From NCBI GenBank assembly GCA_050173015.1, contig JBFXLE010000005.1:96001-160000 (forward strand): DNA of 64,000 bases, given 5' to 3'. The position numbers and the translations under genes are program-made. Source of the stretch: Calditrichaceae bacterium (GTDB taxonomy: Bacteria; Calditrichota; Calditrichia; Calditrichales; JBFXGD01). Below the pieces are notes generated by a model. The model searched no databases. It saw only the letters and a list, made by a program, of their open reading frames with translations, and had not been told where the DNA came from. This document shows, one piece after another, positions 55,221 through 63,680 of the stretch (positions are counted from its first letter, which is position 1; the number at the start of each line of letters is the position of its first letter).

Positions 55221-56195
55221 ATGTCTGTTGAAAATTCTAAACTAGGTCTGGTTCTGGGAAGCGGCGCTTCAAGAGGTTTGGCTCATATCGGCGTCATAAA
55301 AGTACTTGAAAAATATGATGTTAAAATCGGCAGCGTCACCGGTACAAGCATCGGCGCGTTGATTGGCGGACTGTACGCGTCGGGAATGACCGGAAAACAG
55401 ATGGAGGAAATTGCCTGCAATACGGACTGGCGTACCGTGGCGAAAGTTTTTTTACCGACGCTATTTAGAAATACTTCTTTTGCGGGAAAATATCTTAAGG
55501 AATTTATCACGGCTCTGGTGGGAGATACGGATTTTAAGGATTTGAATATTCCGTTTGCCTGTGTCACAACCGATTTGTTAAGCGGGAATGAGATTATCAT
55601 CGATAAGGGTTCGCTTTCGGAGGCGATTCTTGCCAGCGTCTCTCTGCCGGGTTTATTCAAGCCGGTTCAAACCAACGGCCGGCTTCTGGTGGATGGCGGA
55701 TTGGTAAATCCCCTGCCGGTGAATCTGGCAAAATATCTTGGTTCGGACAAAACGATTTCGGTAAACGTGACACCACCCATGGACCGGCCAATGAAGAAAC
55801 TAAAAGTCAAATCAAATCAAAGATCATCTTTTTTTAAATTCGCGGGGAATTCAAAAATATTGTCTGATCGGTTGTCATTGTATTTTAAGATCGCGGAGAA
55901 TTTTAAAGAGGAAAAATTTTTGTTCTTTGATCCGGGCCGGCCAAAAAAAGGGATGAAAGTACCCTCCTTGATGGAGACGGCAACCCAGGCGGTGGTGATC
56001 ATGCAAAATCAAATCATCCGGTTAAACCTCGCTGAATCTCCGACCAATATTCTGATTGAACCGGATGTCTCACAATTCCAGCTTTTGGATTTTTCAGACG
56101 CCAAAAAGATCATCAAACAAGGCGAAATTGAGACAGAAAAGCATATCAGAAAAATTATTAAAATCATTGAAAAAGTGGATAAACTTAGGATCTAA
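55221..56195 (+). CDS. Patatin-like phospholipase (RssA/NTE family)
   Basis: GSGASRG.AHIG, GTSIG, DGG. Confidence 0.92.
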   Translation: MSVENSKLGLVLGSGASRGLAHIGVIKVLEKYDVKIGSVTGTSIGALIGGLYASGMTGKQMEEIACNTDWRTVAKVFLPTLFRNTSFAGKYLKEFITALVGDTDFKDLNIPFACVTTDLLSGNEIIIDKGSLSEAILASVSLPGLFKPVQTNGRLLVDGGLVNPLPVNLAKYLGSDKTISVNVTPPMDRPMKKLKVKSNQRSSFFKFAGNSKILSDRLSLYFKIAENFKEEKFLFFDPGRPKKGMKVPSLMETATQAVVIMQNQIIRLNLAESPTNILIEPDVSQFQLLDFSDAKKIIKQGEIETEKHIRKIIKIIEKVDKLRI

Positions 56196-56525
56196 ATCAA
56201 GAGATTGCCCCTCTTCCGTCTAATTTTAACATCCGTATAACATTTATTTCTTTTGTCTAAAAAGTAGCGGTTTTTACGCGTCTGTTATCTTTTTGCGTCA
56301 ATCGTGGAAATGTAGATACCATTATTTCTGTTTTATTAAGATATCAGCACATTATATTGACACAATCTAATACCGGATTACAAAGACAAGCAATGGATTG
56401 GGGCGTGTCGTACCATACCCGTTTTCTTTTAACTGGACGCGTGAAATGTTTTGGCAGTAATATTTAGGATATTGGAAAAAAGTTAAACTTAACCAAAACG
56501 GTAAATTAATATCTTCGGTAACAAA

Positions 56526-56969
56526 ATGGTAACCGTTAGAAAAGCAGAAAAATCAGATCGCGACGATTATTTAAAAATGCGAAAGCTTCTTTGGCCGGAG
56601 TGTTCCACCGACCGGCATGAGCATGAGATTGATTTGATTTTATCTTCATCGGGAGTTGTTCTTTTAGCAGAGCTGTCTCAATCAGGTGTAGTCGGTTTTG
56701 CCGAGGTATCAATTCGAAAAGACCATGTGGAAGGGACAACAAAATCACCCGTTCCCTATCTTGAAGGTTGGTATGTTTATCCTAAACACCAGGGAATGGG
56801 CATTGGAAAAGCTTTGATAAATGCAGCGGAAGATTTTGCAATAAAAATGGGATTTAATGAATTGGCAAGCGATACGGATCTGACTAATGCGACCGCTATC
56901 GCGATTCATAAAAGAATTGGATTCACGGAAGTCGGAAGAACGGTACATTTTGTCAAAAGGATCCGGTAA
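56526..56969 (+). CDS. GNAT acetyltransferase, aminoglycoside 6'-N-acetyltransferase AAC(6')-I-like
   Basis: MR..LWP, GFAEVSIR.DHVEG...SPVPYLEGWYV, ELASD....N......H...GF.EV. Confidence 0.82.
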   Translation: MVTVRKAEKSDRDDYLKMRKLLWPECSTDRHEHEIDLILSSSGVVLLAELSQSGVVGFAEVSIRKDHVEGTTKSPVPYLEGWYVYPKHQGMGIGKALINAAEDFAIKMGFNELASDTDLTNATAIAIHKRIGFTEVGRTVHFVKRIR

Positions 56970-57216
56970 GGAAAGTCCGGTATCAGGGGCGCCGGGCTTT
57001 CCGCCGCGTAATGCGTTAAAAAACAAACAAAACTCTTATACCTTATTTTTGTTTTCTTCAACCTTAGTAGTACAAAGACAACAAAAACACAAAACCTCAT
57101 TATTTTATTTGATTTACAAATCAGACTAACAATCTGCCATGCATTTGGTATTTAGTTTTTTAGAATAGCAACCATTAATTCCGGAACGGCAGGGGGATGT
57201 TTTTGCGGAAACATGG

Positions 57217-57309
57217 TAAGTTAGCCCTGTAACTTGAGAAGTTACGCCGGAAAGTTCTGAAGTTACGCCGGAAAGTTCTGAAGTTATTATCGAAACTTGG
57301 GAAGTTACA
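57217..57309. repeat. Five-unit tandem array with a 21-bp period
   Basis: AAGTTA at 57218, 57239, 57260, 57281 and 57302; units 57238-57258 and 57259-57279 are identical (GAAGTTACGCCGGAAAGTTCT). Confidence 0.85.
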
Positions 57310-57648
57310 GACAGTTGCTCCCATAACCTTTTTTTATAGGCTTCAGAAGATTTTAATTTGAAGCATGAGGATCATGGAAAATAACGACCTGGAGCCGGCT
57401 CAAAATACCGATGGCGAGAGATGAATATCCTCTTCATTCTCAGTTATGTATGATTATAATCCGGTTCTTGAATTTTTAAATATTTCTGTTTATAATAATA
57501 ACGTTTTTAGTTTTATCTTTTGCTTTTTCTTCAATCTTTGAAAACGATTACAATAGGGAGTTTGGCATATATTAATGACGACGTATGTTTTGGATTTCGA
57601 CTCATGCCGGTTTTAAGATATCAAACAAAGAATAATGGGGGAATTACA

Positions 57649-57792
57649 CTTGAACAGGATACAGATTTAAGGTGTTTTCAAGAGTTGCTGGGCCATAATA
57701 GTTCCAAAACTACTGAGATATATACGCACGTTTCAAAAAAGGCTATTGATAGAATCAGGAATCCGATTGATGATTTTTTTGAACAAGATTAA
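57649..57792 (+). pseudogene. C-terminal remnant of a tyrosine recombinase/integrase
   Basis: LEQDTDLRCFQELLGHNSSKTTEIYTHVS...IRNPID carries the LGH box and catalytic Tyr; no HxLRH box or N-terminal domains upstream. Confidence 0.88.
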
Positions 57793-57807
57793 TATAATTG
57801 TAAAAGA

Positions 57808-57883
57808 AATATATAAACAATAGTGCTTATACCGCCAATTTAGGCGGATAAGAACGATAGAATATATACGCACGTTAGCAGCA
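57808..57883 (+). other. attI-like primary recombination site
   Basis: GTTAGCA core at 57874 with no attC left arm, preceded by hairpin CTTAT-A-CCGCC/GGCGG-ATAAG and two AATATATA direct repeats; lies just downstream of the integrase stop. Confidence 0.6.
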
Positions 57884-57972
57884 ACCATTAAAGAAAATCG
57901 AGTAATGAAAGATTTTTAAAAATTAATTGTAACATATGACTATTGTAATTCGTCAAACAAAAAAATATAATT

Positions 57973-58719
57973 ATGAGACAAATATTTATTTATTTAATTT
58001 TGGCAGGCACAATTTCGTGTAATAATCCGAAACAAGATCAAAATTCTGAAAGTATTAATTCGCAATTGGAAATAAACGATACTATTTCAATTAGATTAAT
58101 TTTACCAAGTTCTTTAGAAAATAGAAGACAAGAATTCCTTGACTATGTTAATTCCGCAAGAAAGAATATCAGAGATTTTTCTGAAAAATATGAGTGGAAG
58201 GATATAACAAAAGATGAATTCATGGATAGTGTTATTATCTTTGACAATAAAAACTATTTTAATAAAACGTTATTAAAACTTGCAGGAGCTGACACATCAA
58301 TAAATTTGCCTGATACATATTGCGCTGCATTGGAAAAAAGAACCTTAGTTTCTGTTTCGCCTGAATTTTATTCAAAAGTATATCCCGAAGGAATAGAAGA
58401 AAATTCTTTTGAAAAATTGCTTACACATGAAATCGCACATCAATTGCATGTGAGAATATTAAAAGGGGACGAAGAAGCCATGGGACCTATTTGGTTTTAT
58501 GAAGGTTTCGCAATGTATGTGGCAAATCAATTTTCAGGATCAAATATTGTTCTTAGTAAAGAGGAAATGATTAAAATAATGGGAAACCCAGACAGAGGCA
58601 GTTATATTAAATATAATTATATTTTTAGGTATTTTGTAAGTAAGATTTCGTTAAAAGAATTAATTTTTAAAGCAAAGAATGAAAATTTCAATGAAGAATT
58701 AATCAAATCGCTTCAATGA
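57973..58719 (+). CDS. Cassette 1: lipoprotein with a zinc metallopeptidase (HExxH, gluzincin-like) motif
   Basis: Lipobox TISC; THEIAHQLH...PIWFYEGFAMY. Confidence 0.78.
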   Translation: MRQIFIYLILAGTISCNNPKQDQNSESINSQLEINDTISIRLILPSSLENRRQEFLDYVNSARKNIRDFSEKYEWKDITKDEFMDSVIIFDNKNYFNKTLLKLAGADTSINLPDTYCAALEKRTLVSVSPEFYSKVYPEGIEENSFEKLLTHEIAHQLHVRILKGDEEAMGPIWFYEGFAMYVANQFSGSNIVLSKEEMIKIMGNPDRGSYIKYNYIFRYFVSKISLKELIFKAKNENFNEELIKSLQ

Positions 58720-58767
58720 CAATAAACAAGTCAAGCGAAATTAATGACTGAAAACAAAATGGCATGC

Positions 58768-58898
58768 TGCTAACATCGTGTATAAAACATTGGGGTATAG
58801 GTGGTTATATGAAGTTCCTGCCCCGCATCAAACTTTGGTGTTGGGGGATAGTTCCGTAGCCCGCAATCCCCAACGTTTCATACACGTAACCGTTAGGC
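58768..58898 (+). repeat. attC-like site 1 (131 bp)
   Basis: TGCTAAC-AT-CGTGTATAAAAC-A-TTGGGG ... CCCCAA-C-GTTTCATACACG-TAACC-GTTAGGC. Confidence 0.85.
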
Positions 58899-58944
58899 AA
58901 AATTTAAAATTGACTACCAGATAATAAATTTGACCGTGAAATAG

Positions 58945-60210
58945 ATGAAAAATAAAAGTCAAAAGAATAAACTAAATATAGTTTATAATATAGACGCTAG
59001 AAGAATTCTGGATAAAATACCTGAAGAAGTAAAAGTTGCAACGACAATTACATCTCCACCTTATTTTGAAATGAAAGATTATGATTCTGACAATCAGATT
59101 GGTTACGGACAAACTTATGATGAATATTTAGAAGACCTTAAATCAATTTTTGCGGGTGTTTTTCAAGTTACAAAGGACGATGGAACTTTATGGATTGTTA
59201 TTGATACATTCAAAAGAAATAATCAAGTAGTTCCATTACCTTTTGATTTATCTAATAAATTAAAAGAAATTGGTTGGTTGCTCCAAGATATAATAATTTG
59301 GAAAAAAGATAAAACTGTGCCTTGGTCATCTAATGGTTTTATGCAACGTAAATTTGAGTACATTCTATTCTTTTCAAAATCTGAAAATTATAAAACCAAT
59401 AAAGATAATGTTAGAGTTTACGATACTACTCAGCTAAAAAAATGGTGGGTTAAATACCCTGAAAGATATAATCCCAGAGGAAAAGCACTTGAAGAAGTTT
59501 GGGAATTTCCAATACCAACTCAAGGCTCTTGGGGTGACCAATATATACGACATTTTTGTCCTCTACCGCAGAGTATGGTAGCTACCATGATTCAAATTAG
59601 TTCAGATGAAAATGATATTGTCCTGGATCCTTTTGCAGGAAGTGGTACTGTATTGACCCAATCTGCCTATATGAAAAGAAATTATCTAGGATTTGAACTT
59701 AATGAGAGCTACATAAGAATGTTTGAAAATTATCTTAAAAAAACATTCAAAAAGAATAGGAAAGAATACGAGGCATCTGGGCAAATTATTGAACAGGACT
59801 TATTTGAAAAAAGAATTCTTGATTTAAGATCTTTAAAATACGCCAGAGTATTGATTAATAACTTTGAAAAGGCAACAAATATCAGCGATTTTAAAATATT
59901 TGTAAATCCGAAAGGAAGTAGTACAGCTAAAAACAAATTAATAAGAGTTGAATATCAAATTATTGGAGAAATTGACAACCGTGTATTTAAAGATTTAATC
60001 AACCAATTAATCCTTAAACCACCTTTATCCAAATATGGAATTGAACCCTCTTTTATCTTCAAAGAATCGAAAAAGTATAATTTAAAAAAGCATTACGGAT
60101 ATTCGAAAACGAATACTTATTCATTTATTAAAAATCCAAACTTTGATTCTTCAATGATCAGAGTAATAAGTGATATATGTGTTGATCTTAACGAAAATGA
60201 TTACTTATAG
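58945..60210 (+). CDS. Cassette 2, gene 1: beta-class amino (N4-C/N6-A) DNA methyltransferase with a C-terminal extension
   Basis: Motif IV TSPPY precedes motif I DPFAGSGT; IIWKK, FEYILFFSK; about 140 extra C-terminal residues. Confidence 0.92.
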   Translation: MKNKSQKNKLNIVYNIDARRILDKIPEEVKVATTITSPPYFEMKDYDSDNQIGYGQTYDEYLEDLKSIFAGVFQVTKDDGTLWIVIDTFKRNNQVVPLPFDLSNKLKEIGWLLQDIIIWKKDKTVPWSSNGFMQRKFEYILFFSKSENYKTNKDNVRVYDTTQLKKWWVKYPERYNPRGKALEEVWEFPIPTQGSWGDQYIRHFCPLPQSMVATMIQISSDENDIVLDPFAGSGTVLTQSAYMKRNYLGFELNESYIRMFENYLKKTFKKNRKEYEASGQIIEQDLFEKRILDLRSLKYARVLINNFEKATNISDFKIFVNPKGSSTAKNKLIRVEYQIIGEIDNRVFKDLINQLILKPPLSKYGIEPSFIFKESKKYNLKKHYGYSKTNTYSFIKNPNFDSSMIRVISDICVDLNENDYL

Positions 60211-60218
60211 TTATTGGT

Positions 60219-62003
60219 ATGGCGAAAATAAAAAGCAAAAAAAGAACCACTAGAAAAAAGTTGTCTCCACAAGAGAAAGCTATTTTAAAGGAAAAACGAG
60301 ATCAGCGAAACGAAATATCAACGATTTTAAAAAATATTGGTTTTTATAGACTGCCATTTATTGATGGCAAGCATTTTGAATATGAACAAAAAAAGACTGA
60401 AATGGATGATGTTTTTATCAATCAAAACATCATTTTAATTACTGAATACACTGTAGGAGATCCAAAAGATCATTTGTTTTCCAAAAAAATATTTTACGAT
60501 AAGATTAACCAAGATAAACGAAAATTTATTGACTTCCTTCTTTCAGAAGATAAGCTAAAGAGTTTTCAAAATTATTATTCAAATAATATACAAGGTAATT
60601 ATTCGAAGAATGAATTGCATCTTCAAATTTTATATTGTTCTAAAAAGTCAATTTCTGACGATCATAAAAATTTAGTTGACCATGTGATTTTTTTTGATTA
60701 TCACATTGTTCAATACTTTAAAAGTCTAACAAAAGTTATTAAGCAATCGAGTAAATATGAATTTCTTGATTTTATAAAAATACCTTTTGAAGAGTTTGGA
60801 TCAAATATTAAAAACTCATCAGTTTCATCTTCTAATAAATTTTCGGGACATATTTTGCCAGAAGAAAAAAGTTCATTTGATGAGGGTTATAAAATTGTTT
60901 CATTTTATATCGATGCAGAATCTTTGTTAAAAAGATCTTATGTTTTGAGACAATCTGGTTGGCGCGATCTTGAAAATGTTGGTCATTATCAGAGAATGTT
61001 TGAAGCGAAAAAAATATCAAGTATGCGAAGATATTTAACCGAAAAAAATAGAGTTTTTATAAACAATATTATTTCAACAATCTCAATCGATAAAATCAAA
61101 CTGTATGATAGGAAAGGTAAATTGCTATCGATTAGTGAAAATGGTCAATTTATTGGTGATAATGCAACAGAAGTCACACCTGCATTAATTGAAATAAATG
61201 ATGAATGCAATATTATTGGTTTAATAGATGGTCAACATCGAACTTATGCTTATCATGAGGGTGATGACCAATTTGAAGAGACTATTTCAAAACTCCGGAA
61301 AATTCAAAACCTACTTGTAACCGGTATTTTATTTCCAAAAACTGAGAACAAGCAAACAAGATTAAAATTTGAAGCAAATCTGTTTTTAGAAATAAATTCA
61401 AATCAAACCAATGTTAAATCTCAACTAAAACAAGAAATTGAATTAATGATTAGTCCATTTTCTACAGTTGCAATTGGAAAGAGAATATTACTAGGTTTGA
61501 ATAAAAGTGGACCATTGGGAAATTTAATTGAGCAGTACTGGTATGAAAAAGGGAAAATTAAAACTGCTTCTATTGTTAGTTTTGGATTAAAACCTTTAAT
61601 AAAAATTGAAGATGTAAAGGCTAAGGACAGTATATATTCTATTTGGAAAAATCCTGACAAGCAAAAATTAAAAATAAAAGACAATAAAGAATTTGATTTG
61701 TTGGATGAATACGTGAATTTCTCGGTTGAAAAGATTAGAGATATATTCATTGCCCTAAAAATGACATTGGCATCAGATCAGTGGGAAACATATAGACCAA
61801 GTAATCCTAGAGGAACTTTAACTGTTACATTTATTAATGGCATTTTGAATGTTTTAAGATTACTAATTGAAAATAATAAGGTGTCGACAATTGATGATTA
61901 TAAAATAAAGCTGAATGGTATTGATAAATTTGATTTTAAGAAATTTAAATCAAGTCAATATAGAAAAATGGGTGAAGAGATTTACAATAAATATTTTCGT
62001 TAA
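60219..62003 (+). CDS. Cassette 2, gene 2: DGQHR (DndB-like) domain protein with a possible PD-(D/E)xK-like N-terminus
   Basis: YQR, LIDGQHRTYAY, LFLEINSNQ; N-terminal TEMDDVF...ITEYT. Confidence 0.85.
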   Translation: MAKIKSKKRTTRKKLSPQEKAILKEKRDQRNEISTILKNIGFYRLPFIDGKHFEYEQKKTEMDDVFINQNIILITEYTVGDPKDHLFSKKIFYDKINQDKRKFIDFLLSEDKLKSFQNYYSNNIQGNYSKNELHLQILYCSKKSISDDHKNLVDHVIFFDYHIVQYFKSLTKVIKQSSKYEFLDFIKIPFEEFGSNIKNSSVSSSNKFSGHILPEEKSSFDEGYKIVSFYIDAESLLKRSYVLRQSGWRDLENVGHYQRMFEAKKISSMRRYLTEKNRVFINNIISTISIDKIKLYDRKGKLLSISENGQFIGDNATEVTPALIEINDECNIIGLIDGQHRTYAYHEGDDQFEETISKLRKIQNLLVTGILFPKTENKQTRLKFEANLFLEINSNQTNVKSQLKQEIELMISPFSTVAIGKRILLGLNKSGPLGNLIEQYWYEKGKIKTASIVSFGLKPLIKIEDVKAKDSIYSIWKNPDKQKLKIKDNKEFDLLDEYVNFSVEKIRDIFIALKMTLASDQWETYRPSNPRGTLTVTFINGILNVLRLLIENNKVSTIDDYKIKLNGIDKFDFKKFKSSQYRKMGEEIYNKYFR

Positions 62004-62013
62004 AAAAAACTTT

Positions 62014-62143
62014 GCCTAACAATGTATAAAAATAATAGACGAGACAGTAGTAAATTCAAGGCTTGTCGCTCGCTTCAACTTCATCTCGGTTTGACAGGAA
62101 AGTAGTACGCAGTCGGCCACTATTCTTATACTAACCATTAGCA
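62014..62143 (+). repeat. attC-like site 2 (130 bp), with core GTT changed to ATT
   Basis: GCCTAAC-AAT-GTATAAAAATA ... TATTCTTATAC-TAACC-ATTAGCA. Confidence 0.82.
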
Positions 62144-62149
62144 GCAAAG

Positions 62150-62178
62150 TTGACAAATCCATCTACTAAAACTATAAT
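62150..62178 (+). promoter_or_regulatory. Perfect-consensus sigma70 promoter inside cassette 3
   Basis: TTGACA (62150-62155)-17 nt-TATAAT (62173-62178). Confidence 0.75.
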
Positions 62179-62219
62179 CTAACTTGATTAATGAATAAAT
62201 ATGAAAAATATAGAAATCA

Positions 62220-63665
62220 ATGAATAAAAGAAAAACACGATATTCTTACATCTATTTGTTATTTGCATTTATTTCACTTTTCTTTTTTAATGGTAAATGG
62301 ATTTTACCAATTGCCGCATTTTTAGCACCAATATTTGTAATTCGTTTTTTACGGTTTCAAAAACCATTTAAAGGATTTCTGATAATTGTTCTTGTTGGTT
62401 GGGTGTCAAACATATTCGTCTGGAAGGGAATGATGCCCATGTCAGGATTTTTCTACTACCTGGTTTCTTTTATGATGAGCTTATTTACTTCGCTGACATT
62501 TTTGTTAGATCGAATTTACACTCAAAAATTTAAGGGAATCATTTCGACACTCATATTTCCTTCTGTTTATGTGACAATGGATTACATTACCATATTAACT
62601 AATCCTTCAGGTTCATACGGAACTTTGGTTCACACTCAGTCATCTTTACCCTTATTACAGCTTGTCTCCATAACTGGCATTTTTGGGGTAATATTTTTAA
62701 TTACGTGGACTGCATCAATTATAAATTGGCTTTGGGACAATCATTTTGAGAAAAATAAAGTTTATTCATCGTTTTGGGGATTTGGTATTCCTTTTCTCGC
62801 GGTAATTTTATGGGGGCAAATAAGATTGTCTTCAACAATTGATTCACAAACGGTAAGAATAGCTTCAATTAATAGCACTAAAACAGAGTATCATCATCGT
62901 ATGACAACGAATTTTGACTCTTTAGTTGAAAAGGCAAACCAGGGATTTTTAGAAAATTGTGAAATAGCGGCTTCATCAGGTGCCAAAATAATATTTGGAC
63001 GAGAAACAATCATCAGTTTGTCCGTTGATACTGAAACTAACTTCATCGAAAAAGCTAAAACAATTGCAATACGTGACAGTATTTACATTGGAATTCCCAT
63101 CAATTTAATACCTAAGGAAAACTCCAATGAAAATCCTGAAAACAAAATAACCTGGATTTCTCCAACAGGAAAAATACTATTTACATATCATAAGGCAAAG
63201 CCAACTTATCCGGGTGAATGTGATGATGGAAATGGAATTATAAAATATTTTGATTCGCCTTACGGAAGAATTGGTTCAGCCATTTGTTTCGATATGGATT
63301 TTCCCTCCTTGATTAGTCAAACCGGTAAAATGGATATTGACATTATGTTAGTGCCGGGTAGCGACTGGGAAGATATTTCGCCTTATCATACCTACGTGGC
63401 ATCCATAAGAGGCATTGAAAATGGTTTTAACATGGTTAGGTCAACATTCAAAGGATTTTCTGCTTCCTTTAATTATAAGGGGCAACTTTTATCGTCCAAT
63501 GACTTTTTTAAGACCAACGAAGTAATTTTATATTCTGATGTGCCTATTAAAGGACAAAAAACGATATATTCATTTTTAGGAAATTATTTTGCGTGGCTCT
63601 GTATTATATTCTTTCTCTCAATGAGTTTTGTTTTCTTTAAAAATAAATGGATTAATAAGAAGTAG
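62220..63665 (+). CDS. Cassette 3: membrane-bound nitrilase/carbon-nitrogen hydrolase (apolipoprotein N-acyltransferase-like)
   Basis: N-terminal TM bundle with QLVSITGIFGV; catalytic E (IFGRE), K (YHK) and C (AICFD); RGIENG. Confidence 0.85.
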   Translation: MNKRKTRYSYIYLLFAFISLFFFNGKWILPIAAFLAPIFVIRFLRFQKPFKGFLIIVLVGWVSNIFVWKGMMPMSGFFYYLVSFMMSLFTSLTFLLDRIYTQKFKGIISTLIFPSVYVTMDYITILTNPSGSYGTLVHTQSSLPLLQLVSITGIFGVIFLITWTASIINWLWDNHFEKNKVYSSFWGFGIPFLAVILWGQIRLSSTIDSQTVRIASINSTKTEYHHRMTTNFDSLVEKANQGFLENCEIAASSGAKIIFGRETIISLSVDTETNFIEKAKTIAIRDSIYIGIPINLIPKENSNENPENKITWISPTGKILFTYHKAKPTYPGECDDGNGIIKYFDSPYGRIGSAICFDMDFPSLISQTGKMDIDIMLVPGSDWEDISPYHTYVASIRGIENGFNMVRSTFKGFSASFNYKGQLLSSNDFFKTNEVILYSDVPIKGQKTIYSFLGNYFAWLCIIFFLSMSFVFFKNKWINKK

Positions 63666-63680
63666 GAATAAAAACCCAGC

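Noticed and set aside
56234-56275. Possible degenerate attC left arm (GTATAAC...GTCTAAAAAGTAGCGG)
   Set aside because: Spacing is wrong and no complementary right arm or conserved centre follows
56482-57002. AAC(6')-like gene as a cassette (GTTAAAC upstream, hairpin downstream)
   Set aside because: No complementary AAC core after the stop; the downstream 33-bp hairpin is unrelated to the attC-like family
56968-57002. RNase P RNA, suggested by AGGAAAGTCCGG
   Set aside because: The motif is one arm of a local hairpin (GGAAAGTCCGG/CCGGGCTTTCC); no other conserved rnpB elements were found
57217-57309. CRISPR array
   Set aside because: The 21-bp period leaves no room for unique spacers, and there are no cas genes in the window
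57520-57648. N-terminal half of the 90-aa ORF as real integrase sequence
   Set aside because: It lacks the HxLRH box that must precede LEQ.TD; it looks like chance open frame upstream of the truncation point
60219-62003. Dnd phosphorothioation system
   Set aside because: Only a DGQHR domain is present; no dndA, C, D or E in the window, and the partner is a methyltransferase
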